From Mollicutes bacterium (lineage in GTDB: Bacteria; Bacillota_I; Bacilli_A; RF39; UBA660), in contig JAAZKW010000028.1 of assembly GCA_012799635.1 (NCBI GenBank), forward strand, positions 1 to 62,277: a DNA stretch of 62,277 bases, read 5' to 3'. Within the stretch, counting starts at the first letter, position 1. Every line of letters starts with the position of its first letter. A model generated the notes under the pieces. It was not told the DNA's origin, did not search any database, and saw only the letters and a program-made list of their open reading frames with translations. Of this stretch, positions 59,957 through 62,277 are shown piece after piece. Made by a program: the position numbers and the translations under genes.

Positions 59957-61087
59957 TTAATCTCCATTATTTTGCATACTAACTACACGATAAGCACCTT
60001 CGTAATAAACAAAATATAATGTTTCATTAAACTTATCTGCTCTTTTTATACCATTAGCTATTGTCATATTCTTTTCAAATGATATATCAACTGAAAATGC
60101 AATATCACTATATATTTTATAATTACTTACTTTAATATTAGTAAAAGTTTCTTTATCCAAGGTATGTCTTGAAGTAAAAGTAATATCAACCTTTGTTGCC
60201 CAATCATATGCTCTTTTATAAAGAGATGTTCCTTCGATTAAGTTAGGAGTCAGTTTATAAAGTCCATATTTAGGACCACCTAAGTCTGCCGTTAAAAATA
60301 AACTCCAATTTTTAGCAAATTCTAATGGATCATAATCCTTATTAGCTAATTTCTCAAAAGCTTTATCTTTATCATCCGTTGTAAAATAACTAGTTACATT
60401 ATATTCTAAACCACTAGATGTTACCTCTATTTTATTTTCATTCTCTTTTGCTGTTATTTTAGGTTTAGTTGTAAGTCCAGTTATAGTAAAATGTTTTTCA
60501 TAAGGAAGATCTACCATTTCATATATTTCACTATAACCTTCAATCTGAACCTTTTCTTCTAAATAATCATCTGTTACTTTAATATCGTTAACATAAATAT
60601 CATATTTATCACTAGCATATATATCAACACTAAATATACCATTAGAATTATATGCATCTATTTTTTTAATTTTATACTTATTAAAATTTAAAAGCCCCAA
60701 TCTATTTTCTTTTTTACTTGTTAAACTAACGGTAGCAACCCTTATTTTCCCTGCAAAAACATCATATTTATTAACATCTTCTTTATCTTCAACATAAGTT
60801 ATTTTATTTTCTTTAAATAATTTTGCATATCCTGATTTATAAGAAGTATTTTCAAATTCACTTGTTTTACTAGGATATTTAAAATAATCATTAGCTCGCC
60901 CATTAACACATGCTTTTTTAATATCTGTTACTAATGCTTTCATATAACTATCAGCATTTCCGTTCTCATATAATTTAAGAGAACTAGTTACATAAATCAA
61001 AATTGCTTCAGATAAAATAAGTAATATCAAAAAGAATATTAACAAACTACTTTTATATAACGATTTTTTCTTCTGTTTCTTAGCCAT
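59957..61087 (-). CDS. Membrane-anchored extracellular hypothetical protein
   Basis: N-terminal TM anchor; within an envelope operon. Confidence 0.6.
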   Translation of the reverse strand: MAKKQKKKSLYKSSLLIFFLILLILSEAILIYVTSSLKLYENGNADSYMKALVTDIKKACVNGRANDYFKYPSKTSEFENTSYKSGYAKLFKENKITYVEDKEDVNKYDVFAGKIRVATVSLTSKKENRLGLLNFNKYKIKKIDAYNSNGIFSVDIYASDKYDIYVNDIKVTDDYLEEKVQIEGYSEIYEMVDLPYEKHFTITGLTTKPKITAKENENKIEVTSSGLEYNVTSYFTTDDKDKAFEKLANKDYDPLEFAKNWSLFLTADLGGPKYGLYKLTPNLIEGTSLYKRAYDWATKVDITFTSRHTLDKETFTNIKVSNYKIYSDIAFSVDISFEKNMTIANGIKRADKFNETLYFVYYEGAYRVVSMQNNGD

Positions 61088-61095
61088 TTAACCTC

Positions 61096-62124
61096 CTACT
61101 TCCTAATTAAAAATGCCTCAGGTAAACGCCATGAAGAATTAGAATAATAAAACGTTACCGAAGTCATTAAATATTGATCTTGATAATACATAACCGATGA
61201 TGAGCCACCATCAAGATTTGCAGCATTTACTGCCCCATATTTTTCCATAACTTCAATTAAATCGCTTGCTGTTGCTCCAAGATGAGAAGATGCACCTCTA
61301 CCATCAGTAACAAGTAAAAGTAATGTGCCATCTTTTCTTTGACCTATTGCTGTTCTAGGGTTTGCACCACTACCAAAGCCTTTAGCAATTCTTTTTTCAC
61401 CATTAATTATTAATTTAACAAAATGATTATTAACATCAGAACTTTCTTCTTGAAAGGTTACAGCATCTCTAATTTTTTCTGTTTCAACTAATTTTTTAAC
61501 CCCTTCTTGGTTTAAACCTTCCAAAGAAAGAATCTTTAAAATATTATTTTCATCAAGACCTATTAAATGATAACCAACTCCATGTGGAGCATTCCAAACA
61601 ATTTGTCCTTTAGAAACTACAACACCCATGGGATATCCACCCTCATTACCAGTACTTTTATATATTCCACCATTTATTCCTCCTAGGGCATCATTTTCTT
61701 TAACAAGCTCATCTAAAGTCTTACCATATTGAGTAAAGGGATACGTTGTTGCGACATAAACTGTTGACGGATCTGGAACAATCATCATTGTAGCAAAAAA
61801 ATTAGCTCCATGTATTTTTTCAATTTTAATTTCATTCTTACTATCCTCTTGAACCTCAATTAAGTCAGCATCTACATCTTTTGTCATTTCCTGAAGAGAA
61901 TTACTATCTACTATTTTTTGAATATCTTTGCTTGGTAAAACTAAATGAACCACAAACTTCAATGCTCCTGTTTCAAGAAACGTTGTAACAAAGATATTAC
62001 GGGCCGACTTTGATGGACCATAACAAATAATAAGTAATGATGAATACAAAGTAATAATGGTCATTAAAAGAAAAACACCAATAAATGACAATGCTTTTAA
62101 AATAAATAGTAGAAGTTTTTTCAT
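61096..62124 (-). CDS. Phosphodiester glycosidase (NAGPA/DUF2233) family protein
   Basis: GINGG, NPRTAIGQRKDG, AANLDGGSS. Confidence 0.9.
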   Translation of the reverse strand: MKKLLLFILKALSFIGVFLLMTIITLYSSLLIICYGPSKSARNIFVTTFLETGALKFVVHLVLPSKDIQKIVDSNSLQEMTKDVDADLIEVQEDSKNEIKIEKIHGANFFATMMIVPDPSTVYVATTYPFTQYGKTLDELVKENDALGGINGGIYKSTGNEGGYPMGVVVSKGQIVWNAPHGVGYHLIGLDENNILKILSLEGLNQEGVKKLVETEKIRDAVTFQEESSDVNNHFVKLIINGEKRIAKGFGSGANPRTAIGQRKDGTLLLLVTDGRGASSHLGATASDLIEVMEKYGAVNAANLDGGSSSVMYYQDQYLMTSVTFYYSNSSWRLPEAFLIRK

Positions 62125-62277
62125 AATAACACCATCCCTTGAAAATTTATTAATCTCCTATACGATAATATTATATCCTTACTTTCACTTTTTAGCAATT
62201 ATAACTTGATATAATGTAATAGTTTTATGATAATGTCAGTATAGTTAGTTTTTTGAAAATGTCAGTCTTATATAATA

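Overview
A very AT-rich chromosomal window from a small-genome Firmicute. PolC plus DnaE, MurF, standard code 11 and a ClpB without its N-domain suggest an RF39-like member of Bacilli (inference). The housekeeping backbone comprises rpsD, rpsB-tsf, dnaE-polC, rpmB, hsp20-clpB under a CIRCE-like element, murF-nudix-trmB-ttcA, three tRNAs (Tyr, Gln, Lys) and envelope genes. Accessory content: (1) a compact type VIIb secretion locus (essC, esaB/yukD, two WXG100-like genes, an orphan, and a WXG-like/DUF4176 fusion) with no essA, essB or esaA at the locus. (2) Three integrase-free segments, each bounded by a duplication of a housekeeping-gene end: rpsD stop plus terminator (34 bp), symporter 3' end, and dnaE 5' end (71 bp). 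(3) The dnaE island carries a putative leader-peptide attenuator, an HD-TGS RelA derivative, an amidohydrolase, a degenerate MetRS-like protein, a nonsense-split nucleotidyltransferase and a GNAT. (4) A four-copy tandem array of diverging paralogs, each with its own promoter and terminator. (5) A duplicated gene whose copies differ in a 14-codon hypervariable block with conserved third positions. No CRISPR array, rRNA, transposase, integrase or reverse transcriptase was recognised. All calls are from reading the sequence; no database search was run.
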